From Centroscyllium fabricii (Eukaryota), in assembly GCA_051313645.2 (NCBI GenBank), contig JBNRSN020000003.1, positions 370,450,001 through 370,514,000 of the forward strand: a stretch of 64,000 bases of DNA, read 5' to 3'. This document shows positions 1 to 12,682 of this stretch, one piece after another. Below the pieces are notes generated by a model, which was given only the letters and a program-made list of their open reading frames with translations, had not been told where the DNA came from and did no database searches. The translations under genes and the position numbers were made by a program. Within the stretch, counting starts at the first letter, position 1. Each line of letters begins with the position of its first letter.

Positions 1-1288
1 GTAGCAGTGACCACCGCACAGTCCTTGTGGAGACGAAACCCTGTCTTTACACTGAGGACACCCTCCATTGTGTTGTGTGGAACTGCCACTGTGCTAAATG
101 GGACAGATTCAGAACAGATCTAACAGCTCAAAACTCTGCATCCATGAGGTGCTGTGGGCCATCTGCAGCAGCAGAATTGTATTCCACCACAATCTGTAAC
201 CTCATGGCCTGGCATATCCCTCACTCTACCACTACCATCAAGCCAGGGGACCAACCCTGGTTCAATGAGGAGTGTAGAAGAGCATGCCAGGAGCAGTACC
301 AGGTGTACCTAAAACTGAGATGCCAAACTGGGGAAGGTGCAACACAAGACTACATGCATGCTAAACAGTGGAAGCAGCATGCTATAGACAGAGCTAAGCG
401 ATCCCACATTCATCGGATCAGATCAAAGATGCGGTCCTGCCACATCCAGTCGTGAATGGTGGTGGACCATTAAACAAGTAACAGGAGGAGGAGGCTCCAT
501 GTATATCCCCATCCTCAATGATGATTCATTGGTGGTTCAGGGGTAGAATTCTCGCCTGCCACGCGGGAGACCCGGGTTCGATTCCCGGCCAATGCAGAAT
601 TCTGCTGATGTATTTCTGTGAATGTTTTAAATTAAGCTGATTCCCTTAAACCTTGCACAAAAGCCACCGGCCTGTGGTTCTGAACACCTTATAACTGCTC
701 CTATCTGCTATGATTCTATGATGACGGCGCCCAGCACGTGAGTGTAACAAACAAGGCTGAAGCATTTGCAACTTTCTTCAGCCAGAAGTGCCAAGTGGAT
801 GATCCATATCATCCTCCTCATCAAGTCCCCACCATCACAGAAGCCAGTCTTCAGCCAATTCAGTTCACTCCACGTGATATCAAGAAACGGCTCAGCACAC
901 TGTATACAGCAAAGGCTATGGGCCCTGACAATATCCCGGCTATCATGCTGAGGACTTGTGCTCCAGAACTATCCGTGCCTTTAGCCAAGCTGTTCAGTAC
1001 AGCTACAACTCTGGCATCTATCTGACAATGTGGAAAACTGCCCAGCTATCTCCTGTCCACAAAAAGCAGGACAGATCCAATCCAGCCAAAAACCACCCCA
1101 TCAGTCTACTCTAAGTCATCAGCAAAGTGCTGGAAGATGTCATCGAAGTGCTGTCCAACGGCACTTACTCACCAATAACCTGCTCACTGATGCCCAGTTT
1201 GGGTTCCGCCAAGACCACTCGGCTCCAGACCTCATTACAGCCTTGGTCCAAACATGGACAAAGGAGCTAAATTCCAGAGGTGAGGTGA
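1..1288 (+). mobile_element. Decayed non-LTR retrotransposon (CR1/L2-group 'family A'), endonuclease-RT linker and start of RT; interrupted by the tRNA-derived insert; its 3' tail resumes at ~2088-2285
   Basis: Broken ORFs (KAMGPDNIP, QFGFRQDHSAPDL) are colinear with the longer copy at 23860-24912; tail 2088-2285 matches 25935-26085. Confidence 0.85.
526..596 (+). tRNA. tRNA-Gly(GCC) copy, probably retroposed (head of a SINE-like insert at 525-717)
   Basis: 71 nt matching vertebrate tRNA-Gly-GCC (GCATTGGTGGTTCAG...CTGCCAC...GGTTCGATTCCCGGCCAATGCA) with about 3 substitutions including G1>T; insert flanked by ATGATGA at 518-524 and 718-724. Confidence 0.85.
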
Positions 1289-1289
1289 A

Positions 1290-2087
1290 ACATCGAAGAT
1301 AGGAGCAGGAGTCGGCTATTCGGCCCCTCGAGCCTGCGTCGCATTTAATGAGATCATGGCTGATCATCCAAACCCAGTACCCTGTCCCTGCTTTCTCCCC
1401 ATATCCGTTGATCCCTTTAGCCTTAAGAAATATATCTATCTCCTTCTTGAATATATTTAATTAATTGGGCTCTACTGCCTTCTGTGGTAGAGAATTCCAC
1501 AGGTTCACCACTTTCTGGGGGAAGAAATTCCTCCTCATCTCTGTCCTAAATGGCTTACCCCTTATCCTTAGAGTGTGACCCCTGGTTCTGGACTCCCCTG
1601 CCATCTGGAACATCCTTCCTGCATCTAGTCTGTCTAGTCCTGTTAGAATTTTATAAGTTTCGATGAGATTCCCTCTCATTCTTCTAAACTCCAGTGAGTA
1701 TAAGCCCAATTGACCCAATCTCTCCTCATACGTCATTCCTGCCATCCCAGGTATCAGTCTGGTGAATCTTCACTGCACTCCCTCCAGGGCAAGAACATCC
1801 TTCCTTAGATAAGGCAATCAAAACTGCACACGATACTCAAGGGGTGGTCTCACCAAGGCCCTGTACAACTGCAGCAAGACATCCTTGCTCCTGTACTCGA
1901 ATTCTTTTGCTACAAAGGCCAACATACCATTTGCCTTCTTAATCACCTGCTGCACCTGCATGCTTTCCTTCAGTGACTGGTGCACAAGGACACCCAGGTC
2001 TCATTGCACTTCCCCTTCTCCCAATCTATTGCCATTCAGATAATAGTCTGCCTTTCTATTTTTGACACCAAAGTGGATAACCTCACT
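1290..2087 (-). mobile_element. CR1 (HER1-like) LINE, 5'-truncated 3' fragment
   Basis: ORF 1461-1745 YEERLGQLGLYSLEFRRMRG..RNFFPQKVVNLWNSLP is the CR1 ORF2 C-terminus, followed by a CR1 3' UTR. Confidence 0.9.
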
Positions 2088-2549
2088 GGGTCAAAATCCT
2101 GGAACTCCCTACCTCATCGTCGCTGGGTTAAAATCCTGGAACTCCCTACCTAACCGCACTGTGGGAGTACCTTCACCACACGGACTGCAGCGGTTCAAGA
2201 AGGCGGCTCACCACCACCTTCTCAAGGGCATCTAGGGATGGGCAATAAATGCTGGCCTTGCCAGCGACACCCACATCGCAGGCATGATTTTTTTTTAAAT
2301 AACGTGATAACACTAAAAGGAAATTCCAGGGCACTAGGTTAAAAATAAATCTCCAAATATGACAGCCTGCTAAGCAAGAGATGTTGGGTGATAGGCTGCC
2401 CAAAGAAATGAAGAAAAAGAGAGGGGGGCATAAATATTATGGAGAATCAGCCTCTGAATTAGAGGAGGGATTGAGTGAGAAATCGAAGTGAATGAGTGCC
2501 ACAGAGAGAAACAAAAAGGGAAGAATGAAGAGAGAGAGATGCAGAAGTG

Positions 2550-3185
2550 CGCCTCAATTTAGCCTCTCATCCGAACGATGGCACCTCCGACAGTGCAGCA
2601 CTCCCTCCATACTGCATTGGAGTGTCAGCCTAGATTACGTGCTTGAGTCTCTCGAGTGGTGCTTGAAGCCACGACCTTCTCACTCAGAGGTGAGGGCGCT
2701 GCCAGTAAGCCAGGGCTGACACCTGTGATAAAAGTGCTTTTGCTGACGATTTATTGATTTTGCGTTCTAGTGTATGTCATTCTCTGGGAGTAAAAGAGCA
2801 AAAGACTTGCATTTAAACAGCACCTTTTTGACGACCTCAGGAAACAATGTTTCCTTTAAACTGCGCGACTGCGCAGATGTCCAGGGGGCCCCACAAGGTT
2901 GGCTTGCTGGCTTTTAAACAGAAAAACAGTGGCCTATTCAAAATAACGTGCAGCCCCCCCCCACCCCAAAAAAAAAATGACAGGAAACATTGCTCTGGAC
3001 GTCCCAAGGCATTTCACAGCAAATCAAGTATTTTTTGAAGTGTAGTCACTGTTGGAATGCTGGAAAAAGCGGCTGCCAATTGGCGCACAGCAAGCTCCCA
3101 CAAACAGCAATGTGATAATGGCCAGAGAATCTGTTTCTAGTGATGTTGGTTGAGGGATAAATATTGGCCCCAGGACACCGGGGAC
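2550..3185 (-). mobile_element. Fragments of Deu-domain SINE (SacSINE1-like)
   Basis: 2550-2722 and ~2997-3185 are reverse-complement matches to the full copy at 20966-21432. Confidence 0.75.
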
Positions 3186-4324
3186 TGAGCCACAGCTGAC
3201 AGCTAGGGAGAGGGAGAGAAAAATTGCCTGTGTCTGTTTGCCCTCTAGCCTTGTGGATCAAGTGCATTAAAGCAATCGTGCAAAATCATTAAGTCATCGG
3301 CGAAGTCATGAACGTTGGTAACACGGCGCTGATCGGGATCAGGGGCAGAGAGAGGGGTGGATATTACTTTTCCAGTATTATTCTGCTGTTCTATTTCATT
3401 TGAATCGTGGTGAATTGCTCTTGATGCTCTGAATCGTGGCTGCCACTTTTGCAAGATTATCCACAATATTTCCCCCCCCCACCCCCCGGACAGAACTGTG
3501 TGAATCTTAGTGTTTGTGACATTGCTTCCGCCTCTCTCTCACTTTCTCCTGGGCACTATTCACTGCCGAATACATTTTGGAAGAGAAAATGCTGTTGTGG
3601 TTTTGCAGAGGTGATTTAGGTAACCATGGTGCAACACTGCAGTGCAGCCTCTTCCCCAATGCAGAAACTTGATTGCTGGCTCAGTAAATCTAGCATCAGC
3701 ACTGTGATTGCTCTTGCTTGGGACAGCAAGCCAGTTGTTACAAAGGTAGAGATAGTGAGTAATTCTGACACCCGTTGAGTGGAATGCAGGCAGATCGCCA
3801 ACTTCGTGCTGCCTGCACATTATAATGATTTCTGTGTGTAGCCAGCACTGTTCATTGGCTGCATGTATCAGCAGGGGGCCCAATATCGTTAGTAACTTGC
3901 ACTACTTAAAGCTAGCCTGCACATCTTAAAGGGGAGGTGCATTTTGGCTGTAGCAGGTGCTGAGGCTCGTTCTACAAGTGAATCTGACCTGGGAAAGAAT
4001 GAAGACTGGCTGGCCATGGGAGAAAGTGGGCCAGGTTTTCGGACGCTGCACTGGAAGGCGCGCTTGGACACTCGTTCTGCTGCAGAGGATTCAGATGAGG
4101 ACTTTGATGGGCCAAGTTACAGAAGAAGGCTGATGGATATACACACCAAAATGCTTGGTGCATTGGGAAGCCTGCCAGAAAGCCTGCGCTCAGCGTCAAG
4201 GAGCATGGAGGAGTCTGGCACCAACTTGACACAGGGCTTTGCGCAGAGTTTGCAGTCCATCCTTTCCAACATGGAGCTGATGGCCACCTCCATCAACACA
4301 CCTGTGGAGCCAACCATGATGCAG

Positions 4325-5851
4325 GTGACAAGTCCGATTGTGGTAATTACAGAGGAGTCCCCCTGCTGTCTGCCACAGGGAATGTCTTCGCAATAATCCT
4401 CAATCGCCTTCCCCCAGTGGCTGAAGAGCTCGGCCCAGAGTCGCGGATTCTGCCCACTAAAAGGCACAATGGCCATGATCTTCACCACACGTCAACTACA
4501 AGAGAAATGCAGGGAACAGCACCAACCGCTGTACATGACCTTCTTTGACCTCACAAAGGCCTTCGACACCATCAACCATGAGGGATTATGGAGTGTCCTC
4601 CTCAAATTTGGCTGCACTCAAAAGTTTGTCACCATCCTCCAGCTGCTTCACAACGACATGCAAACATTGATCCTGATGAGCGATCCACCACAGACCCAAT
4701 TCACGTACAGACCGGGGTCAAGCAAGGCTGTGTCATCGCACCAACGCTCTTCTCTATCTTCCTGGCTGTAATGCTCCATCTCACCCTCAGTAAGCTTCCC
4801 GCTGGAGTGGAGCGAATCTACAGAACAAATGGGAACCTGTTCAACTTCAGTTGCCTCCAGTCCAGATCCAAGCTCATCCCATCCTCTGTCATCGAATTAC
4901 AGTATTCAGGCGACACTTGTGTCTGCGCACTCCAAACCATCGTCAACACCTTCACCAAAGCATACGAGAGCTTGGGCCTTACACGAAACATCCGTAAGAC
5001 AAAGGTCCTCCACCAACCTACCCCTGCCACACAGTACTGCCCCCGATCATCAAAATCCACGACAAGGTCTTGGACACCGTGGACCACTTTCCGTACCTCG
5101 GGAGCCTACTGTCAACAAGGGCAGATGTCGATGATGAAGTTCAACATCGCCTTCAGTGTGCCAGTGCAGCCTTCGTTTGCTTGAGGAAGAGAGTGTTTGA
5201 AGACCAGGACCTCAAACTCAGCACCAAGCTTATGGTCTACAGAGCAGTAGTGATACCCGTCCTATATGCTTCAGAGGCATGGACCATGTACAGCAGGCAC
5301 CTCAAAGCACTGGAGCGGTTCCACCAACGCTGCCTCTGCAAGAGCCTGCAAATCCATTGGCATGATAGGCGCACCAACGTCAGCGTTCACGCTCAGGCCA
5401 ACATCCCCCAGCATCTAAGCTTTGACCACGCTCAATCAGCTCCGATGGACGGGTCACATCGTCTGCATGCCCGATATGAGACTCCCAAAACAAGCGCTCT
5501 ACTCGGAGCTCCGGCATGGCAAGAGAGCCCCAGGTGGGCAGAGGAAATGCTTCAAGCACTTCCTGAAAGCCTCCTTGAAAAAGTGTAACATCCCCACCGA
5601 CACCTGGCCCAAGATTGAGCATCCGGGAGGGCGGCGCCGAACAGCTTGAGTATCTTCGCCGGGAGCAAGCGCAAACAGCGGAAGGCACGCACGTCAACCC
5701 AAGCACCCCACCCACCCGCCCCTTCAACTACCGTCTGCCCCACCTGTGACAGAGACTGTCGGTCCCGCATTGGACTCATCAGTCACCTGAGAACTCATTT
5801 TTAGTGCGGAAGCAAATCATCCTCAGTTCCGATGGACTGCTGAAGAAGAAG
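4325..5851 (+). mobile_element. RTE-clade (BovB-like) LINE, 5'-truncated, frameshifted
   Basis: MIFTTRQLQEKCREQ..FFDLTKAFDT, GVKQGCVIAPTLF, QLRWTGHIVCMPDMRLPKQ; C-terminal CPTC..H motif; (GAA)n tail; host sequence resumes at ~5852. Confidence 0.9.
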
Positions 5852-6370
5852 GATGCGTCTGATGGCCGATGTCTCAGCTTCCATTGCAGCAGAAGCAGCA
5901 TCTACCCAACGTCTGACTGCTGCAGTGAAAGCTTAGACTGCTGCCATCATGGCTGTAGATACCAGTGTTCAAAGATGCTCCCAGGGTGTCACTGCAGTCC
6001 AGCAACCTGTTCTCCAACAGAGTACTAGGATTGCTGAGGTGCTACCCTAGGGGAGTGGGAGTGGCTCCATGGAGCTCGAAGCTGCTGTCCTCTCTCAGGA
6101 TGACAGCATTCGTCCTCCCACCCCTGCCACTCTGCCAGTGCCCTTGCTGTTGCCTGTCAGCCAGACAGCCCAGACTGCTGCCCCCCATGCCGAGATGGTG
6201 CTGTTGGCAGCCGGGCCTTCAAAGCCCAGAGCTGCTCGAGTTCATCCTCCAAGGCCACCTGCAGTTGCCTCCACTGTAAGTCAGCAGCCTTCCACCAGCC
6301 ATGCTGCAGACACTGGGGTAGCACCTCGTAGAAGCACTAGGACAGGCAAAGAAAAAAAGAAAGACGTATA

Positions 6371-6875
6371 CAGGTCCGGCACCGTTAATCTGGTAATCCG
6401 GAAACTTCAGTCGTCCGGAACGAGTCCGGCCGACTGGTCTGTGCATGCGCAAAATGGCTGCCACGCTTGGCTGCGCATGCCCGGGCCTCTCCCCACCTGC
6501 CAGACTGGTCTGTGCATGCGCAAAATGGCGGCCGCGCTTGGCTGTGCATGCCCGGGCCCCTCCCCAACTGCCTGATTGGTCTGCACATGCGCAAAATGGC
6601 CACCGCGCTTGGCTGCACATGCGCAAAATGGCCACCGCGCTTGACTGCGCATGCGTAAAATGGCCACCGTGCTTGGCTATGCATGCCCGGGCCTCTCCCC
6701 GAACGATTGATGCTTCGGCGACTGCATGTGCAGACCTTTCAAAATGGCCGCCAGCCTTCGGCGGCCATTTTGAATGGTCTGCGCATGCGCTCGCCGAAGC
6801 TTCAATCGTTCAGATTTTTCACTATTCTGGCACCGGCCTGGTCCCGCCGGTTCCGGATTAACAGTGTCGGACCTG
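6371..6875. mobile_element. Tc1/mariner-pogo (Tigger-like) MITE with internal GCATGCGCAAAATGGC repeats
   Basis: TIR CAGGTCCGGCACCGTTAATC / GATTAACAGTGTCGGACCTG; TA on both sides (6369-70, 6876-77). Confidence 0.85.
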
Positions 6876-7321
6876 TATTTATATAGTGCCTTTCACGCTC
6901 ACTGGACACAGAAGAGACACTAAGGGAATGCACAAGGGTGATTAAATCATGCCATATTGCATACAAAAATTAAGTTTTATACATTTGGATTGGAATGTGT
7001 ATTTTGTGTTGGCTTTTATTTTTGCATTGTGATGGTCAGTGCCAGAGGACAGGTAAGAAGTTGGTGAATGGGGAATTGTGTTTGAGGTAACTGGTTTTTC
7101 TCAAATTATTTGTTTACGTACTGCCCGGGCAGAAAGGAGCTGTCAAGGTTGCAGCCTCTCTTTCCCTTCCACCTCCTCCTCCTCCTCCGTCTCCTCCTGT
7201 GCAGCATGCAGCATACCACGACAAATCCTGCTCGGCCAAGTACTGTAGGGTTCCTCCAGAATGGTCCAGGCAGCAGAATCGTTGCTTCAGGATACCAGTG
7301 ATCTGCCCTGTCTGATTTCTT

Positions 7322-7716
7322 AGAAACATAGAAGATAGGAGCAGGAGTAGGCCATTCGGCCCTTCGAGCCTGCTCCGCCATTCAATGAGATCATGGCTGA
7401 TCATCCAAACCCAGCACCCTGTCCCTGCCTTGTCCCCATATCCCTCGATCCCTATCGAGCCTGCACCGACACATCCCACCCTATCCCCGTAACCCCACAT
7501 ATTCAATCCCCCTAACACTAAGGGTCAATTTATCATGGCCAATCAACCTAACCCGCATATCTTTCGACTGTGGGAGTAAACCGGAGCACCCGGAGGAAAC
7601 CCACGCAGACACAGGGAGAATGTGCAAACTCCACACAGATAGTACCCGAGGCTGGATTTGAACCCAGGTCTCCAGTGCTGTGAGGCAACAGTGCTAACCA
7701 CTATGCCACCGTGCCG
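7322..7716 (-). mobile_element. HE1-like V-SINE (tRNA head, V-domain, CR1 tail)
   Basis: On -: GCGGCACGGTGGCATAGTGGTTAGCAC..GTGTGGAGTTTGCACATTCTCC..GGGTTTCCTCCGGGTGCTCCGGTTT; tail shared with CR1; near-identical to 56162-56553. Confidence 0.85.
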
Positions 7717-9761
7717 CTTCTTGTGGCAGCATGGCTGCGCACATCCGCATGGGGTGCGGACCAGAGTCACGAGCCATGTCATCAGCAGATATCCCTTGCC
7801 CAGTAGCCACCCTTTGGTTTGCCGTGGTGGTTGAAATACAACTGGCACAGTGGGCTGCCACAGAATAAATGCATCATGACTGCTGCCAGGATACCGGGCA
7901 TTGACCTGCATGATGCGCTGCTTATGGTCATACACCAACTGCATGTTGAGGTAGTGGAATCCCTTTCGGTTCAGGTACATGGCAGAGTTGGCATGAGGTG
8001 CACCCAAAGCAATATGCGTGCAGTCAGTGACACCATGCACCATGGGGAAGCCTGCAATCCTTGCAAACCCTCGTGTTCACTCCGCCTGCTTCTCTCTGGC
8101 AAGAGGGAATGAGATGAAACTGTCTGTCGGCATAGACAGCCTCAGTGACCACTCTTATGCAGCAGTGCAGTGCAGACTGCGAGATGTTGCTTATATCTCC
8201 AGCAGCAGCCTAGAAGGAGCCAGATGCATAAAAATTATTCGCCACGGTCGCCTTCACAGCCAGTGGCGGTGCGGTTCTTGCCCTGCTCTGAGATTGGAGT
8301 TGGGGCTGCAGCAGCTGGTAGATTTCAGTGACGACCTGCTTGGAGAGGCACAGACGTCTCGAACATTTATCCTCGCTGAGGTTCAGGTAGGAGAATTGCT
8401 CCCTAAATACCCAGGATATGGCCTCCTGCTGAGTGCCCTTTCCCCCCCTCCTCTACCTCCCTCATCTAGCAACTTGTCCTGCTCTATGAGGCCTGATCAA
8501 TGCCAAGAGGAAGGTGGTCTGGTCCCACCGATTTGTGGAAGCAACTGGTTTGTGCAGAAGCCTTGAAGCCAGCAGAAATGTACTGTGGCAGCTGCCAAAC
8601 CAGTCCTTGTCAACTTTTAAAACTTTAAACAACTATGGAAAGCACCCAAAACTTATAGAATTGCAGCAACAGCCAGCAGAAATACTCCAGCAACTAACTT
8701 GCACGTAGTTGATGATCCCTTTAAATGGCGCCAATGGTGGTGGTCCTTCATGCTGCTTAACCTTGTGTTCAGCAATACGAGGTCAACAGAGGGTGTAGGC
8801 TGGAGCGTTGAGGTCCAAGATGGCAGCACTGAAGTCAAATCAGCATTGCGGACGTTGGGTGCGCTCACGCTAACCCCTTTACCAATATGGCGTCGGGCGC
8901 ACTTAACGTAAGAAATGTGGGCACGTGCCACGGATGCCATTTTGGAAGCTTAAAAAATGGGCACTACCAAGTCCAATCTCCCCCCCCCCCCCCCCCCCCC
9001 CCCCAGTACCGATTCCAACCTCCTTGGCACCTGGAAACATTTGGCCTGCTTCCAGGTCAAGCTGACTTAACCCCAGCCTTTTAAAAGCTGACCTGACCAC
9101 TTGGAAAAAGATAACAACAGAAAATGCTAGAAATACTCAGCAGGCCACTTGCAAAAGATCCTCATTTTAATTTTCAAAAAAAAGGAAAAGTAAAGTGAAA
9201 ATTGGATTTTCAGTTGACCAACTAGACCATCAGTTGCCACAAAATTGCCTCAACAGTGAGTCTCCCCCGTCCACCCCAGTTCACAGAGGTACAGTCAGTG
9301 CTGGCATTCTCCTTCCTCCCCACTCCAAAGCACTACTCCCAAATTCTACACCCTTCCTTCTTCCCACCTTTGTTGCCATCCATTTTCCCCTTCATTGCCA
9401 TTTATGCCCTTTCTCTCCTTCATTCCCCCTTCCCTAGCCCCTCCATTTTCCACCATCTACCTCGACTTCACTGCCATCATTCCCCCCTTTCACTCTCTTT
9501 CGTTTCCCTTTTCCTGCCCCCTTCAATCCTATCATCACTTCCCCTCTTCCCTGTCCCCTCAGCATCGCTCCGACCTGATTCTGGCCCCTGCACATTGAAG
9601 ATGGAGTTCCTATGAGAATTCCCTCCGTCAGTACTCAGTGGCTGGAATCACTTCCATTAGCAGCAGGACACACTTAGCAACGAGACTGAGGGGCGAGGGA
9701 GCTGAAACAGATTATCTGGTCATATAACAGCAGTATTTGCATCTGATAGACCGAGAGGTGT

Positions 9762-10527
9762 TGGCCCAGAAATTTGGATCAGAGGCTTCCCGTGTGTGCA
9801 AGCCTCCAACCTGCACTTACGTAGCGCGCCGGCCGTTGAGCTGTGGGCCCGCATGGAATTCCGATGCGGGGCCTTCCTCAACTGCCGACGCGCCGCGCTC
9901 CCGTATCCGAGCGGCGAGGATAGTGCAAAGAATTGCGCAGGATCACGTGGGCCATGGAGAGCCAATTGGAGCACAGAATGCTCCATTGATAAGTTTGACA
10001 GGAAAACCTGTCAAAAGTATGAAAGCTACAAGCCCCAAAATATCACTAAATCTTCAAATAATTTATTTTTTTAAATCACAGTTTTTAAAATAACTATCAA
10101 TTACATTAAATAACTATTTTAAACAATAATGTAAATTTTTGAAAAAATGAATTACAGTTTTGAACAGGGCTGAAAATGAACTTACCTTTCTTTAAAGTAT
10201 TTAAAAATAAAAAACCTGTGGAAAAAATGTTTTAATTTGAATTAATTCACCACTTATCTTCAGAAAACCAGTCTTTGCACATTAAAAAAGCAGCCGTAAC
10301 TTTTTCCATACTTACCCGGACACAGAATCTTATAAAAATCGGAAGTGCATTGCGCACGCGCTGCCACTCCCGCGCACGCATTCCGACCCCTGACCCCTTC
10401 CGTCAGGGGATCGGAAGTGCCGGTTTTGCGTGCATGCGCTGTGCATGCACGTTACCGGCACTTTGGATGGGCCTACGGGTGAGTACCCAGCGCGTACTCA
10501 TGCGTTGGGACCCGAATTTCTGGGCCA
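9762..10527 (+). mobile_element. Non-autonomous TIR element, family X copy 1
   Basis: TIR TGGCCCAGAAATT / AATTTCTGGGCCA; GC-rich arms, AT-rich core; homologous to copies at 18480, 21762, 30556 and 63831. Confidence 0.8.
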
Positions 10528-10820
10528 ATATCTTTCTGAGGCCACCTTACTGGTAACGGCCTTGCTGCTGGTGCCTTGAAAAGAAGCCCCCTTGTGGCAT
10601 ATCTGAAGCAGTTGCTTCTGTTAAGTTTTTCCTTGCACACAGGTTGCGCATAACTTCATCTAGTTTCATGGAGGAACCATTCATCGATATGCCGGGCTCT
10701 ACTTTTATACACGGCCACACGGATAGGGTCGCCAACTCTGGTTGGACACTTTCCTGGAGGTTTCATCAGATGACCTGTGGCTTCCAACTGCCCCTCCCCC
10801 CATATTTCTACCATTGGTCA

Positions 10821-12682
10821 CATAGAAACATAGAAGATAGGAGCACGAGTAGGCCATTCGACCCCTCGAGCCTTCTCCGCCATTCAATGAGATCATGGCT
10901 GATCATCCAAATTCAGTACCCTTTCCCTGCCTTCTCTCCATATCCCTTGATCCATATCCCTTGACCCCTTTAGCCTTAAGAAATATATCCAACTCCTTCT
11001 TGAATATGTTTAATGAATTGGCCTCCACAGCCTTCTGTGGTAGAGAATTCCACAGGTTCACCACTCTCTGGGTGAAGAAATTCCTCCTCATCTCTGTCCA
11101 AAATGGCTTACCCCTTATCCTTAGACTGTGACCCCTGGTTCTGGATTCCCTGGCCATCGGGAACATCCTTCCTGCATCTAGTCTGTCTAGCCCTTTTAGA
11201 ATTTTAAAAGTTTCAATGAGATCACCTCTCATTCTTCTAAACTCCAGCGAGTATAAGCCCAATCGACCCAATCTCTCCTCATACGTCATTCCTGTGTAGC
11301 CCAGTCAATCCGTTCCCAGTGATTTGAGGGGGCCCTGAGTTCATTAACTCTATCTAATATCTTTTTACGTAACCTTTCGTTAGTGAATCTTGGATCCTTT
11401 ATAACTACAATTCCAGTAAATTTGAATACAATGAGTAAACACTCTTCAGTCTTATACATTCAAGACTAAATATTAACCTCTACAACAATTAACACTCAGA
11501 AACTATTTTAACAATTAAAACAGTAACTTGTAAATTTTATTGCAAGGTAAAATAAACAACAGTCAAAGTAAACCTTAGCACATTTCTAACTTTCTGTCTT
11601 TAACCAAGAATTTAGAGTTACAGCATTCAGTTACCTTAATCTCTTTTCAGTCAATGGGTTAATCTCAAACTTACATTCACTGCAAATAACTTAGACTTTA
11701 CGTTACATCAATGAACTCACACACCTTGTGCCCATTAATATCAACTATACTCTAAGCCGGCAGATTGAATTTACAAAATGAAAAAGCGTAGCAGGCCTGT
11801 TGCGTTGCTTGCAGACTTTGTAAATCAAACTTAAGGGTTCTTCACTCTCATTAGAGCAATAAACAATCAATAGATCTTGGACCAGGAACAAACAATCAGC
11901 AGCTTGGCCTCTCACGAAGTGTTGAGTAAATCCAGCGTAGCCAGAGGAATTCTGAGCTGTCTCCAGGTCACTCAAAACGCTATCTGGTTATAGTGGTTCA
12001 TTCCTCTCAGGAATATTCTGAACTAAGCTACCGCCCCAAGCTCAACGAGTGTTTCGCAGCCTCAGTCAGCCCACATCACTGCTTAAACTCCGTTAACTAG
12101 TCGAACATCTTCTCACGAGTTATCTGTATTAAACTTTGGTTCAAAGCCCTCTATAATCTCGTTAAAGCATGTACCCAAGACCAGTTATGGCTCGAAGAAG
12201 TCCACTACTCTAAAATGGCTGACTAGCCTCGTGGTCTCTTCTCCTCCACTTCCCGCCTGAACTGCTAGTTTTGACTTGTCCCCTCCTTTGTTCAAAGTCC
12301 TCTTCTTTGCATCAGAGCCCGAGAGAACTTGGTGAGACTGTGTTAGCCTTCTCCTCTTCCCTCTCCCATCAGCACGACCAGTTTCTTTACTCCCGATTCC
12401 TAAGCCGCCATTTAGCAGCGGGCTCTCTTCTGGCTGGGCTGACGGTTAAACGGCCGTGTTTGAACACAGCTCGCGCCGTGCTCTTTTTGGGGTCATGTGA
12501 CCACACTTTGCAACCCCTGTTGTCTCAAAATGGGAACTGCAGCTCCCTCTGCTGTTTTAAAATCTGCAACTGCAGCTCTCTGCTGTTTGTGTTTCCAGCC
12601 TGTGCTATGGGACTCTCCCAGGGTCCTAAAGCCTGCCAGATTAACAGCCCAATAACTCACAGGGCTACACCTGCCATCCCAG
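10821..12682 (-). mobile_element. CR1 3' fragment (split by solo LTR at 11295-12669)
   Basis: ORF 10903-11289 is the CR1 ORF2 C-terminus; CATTCCTG|CCATCCCAG continuity across the LTR. Confidence 0.9.
11295..12669 (-). mobile_element. Long (1375 bp) solo LTR
   Basis: Termini TGTAGCCC...GGGCTACA (8-bp inverted); 4-bp TSD CCTG (11291-94, 12670-73); no internal ORF; orientation inferred from AATAAA on -. Confidence 0.75.

Larger units (their letters stand above)
3875..8985 (-). mobile_element. Decayed PIF/Harbinger DNA transposon (transposase on - at ~7090-8400, convergent second-ORF remnant on + at ~3944-6340), hosting RTE, MITE and SINE insertions
   Basis: GVTDCTHIAL..RKGFHYLNMQLVYD..VNARYPGSSHDAFIL..GWLLG is a HARBI1-type DDE motif set; right end shares GACGCCATNTTGGTAAAG with the terminus of 51783-54885; left boundary uncertain. 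Confidence 0.75.

Noticed and set aside
526-596. Native functional tRNA gene
   Set aside because: First acceptor pair is broken (G1>T) and it sits in a TSD-flanked insertion inside a LINE
9330-9580. Pro/Ser/Leu-rich ORFs
   Set aside because: CT-rich low-complexity DNA, not coding
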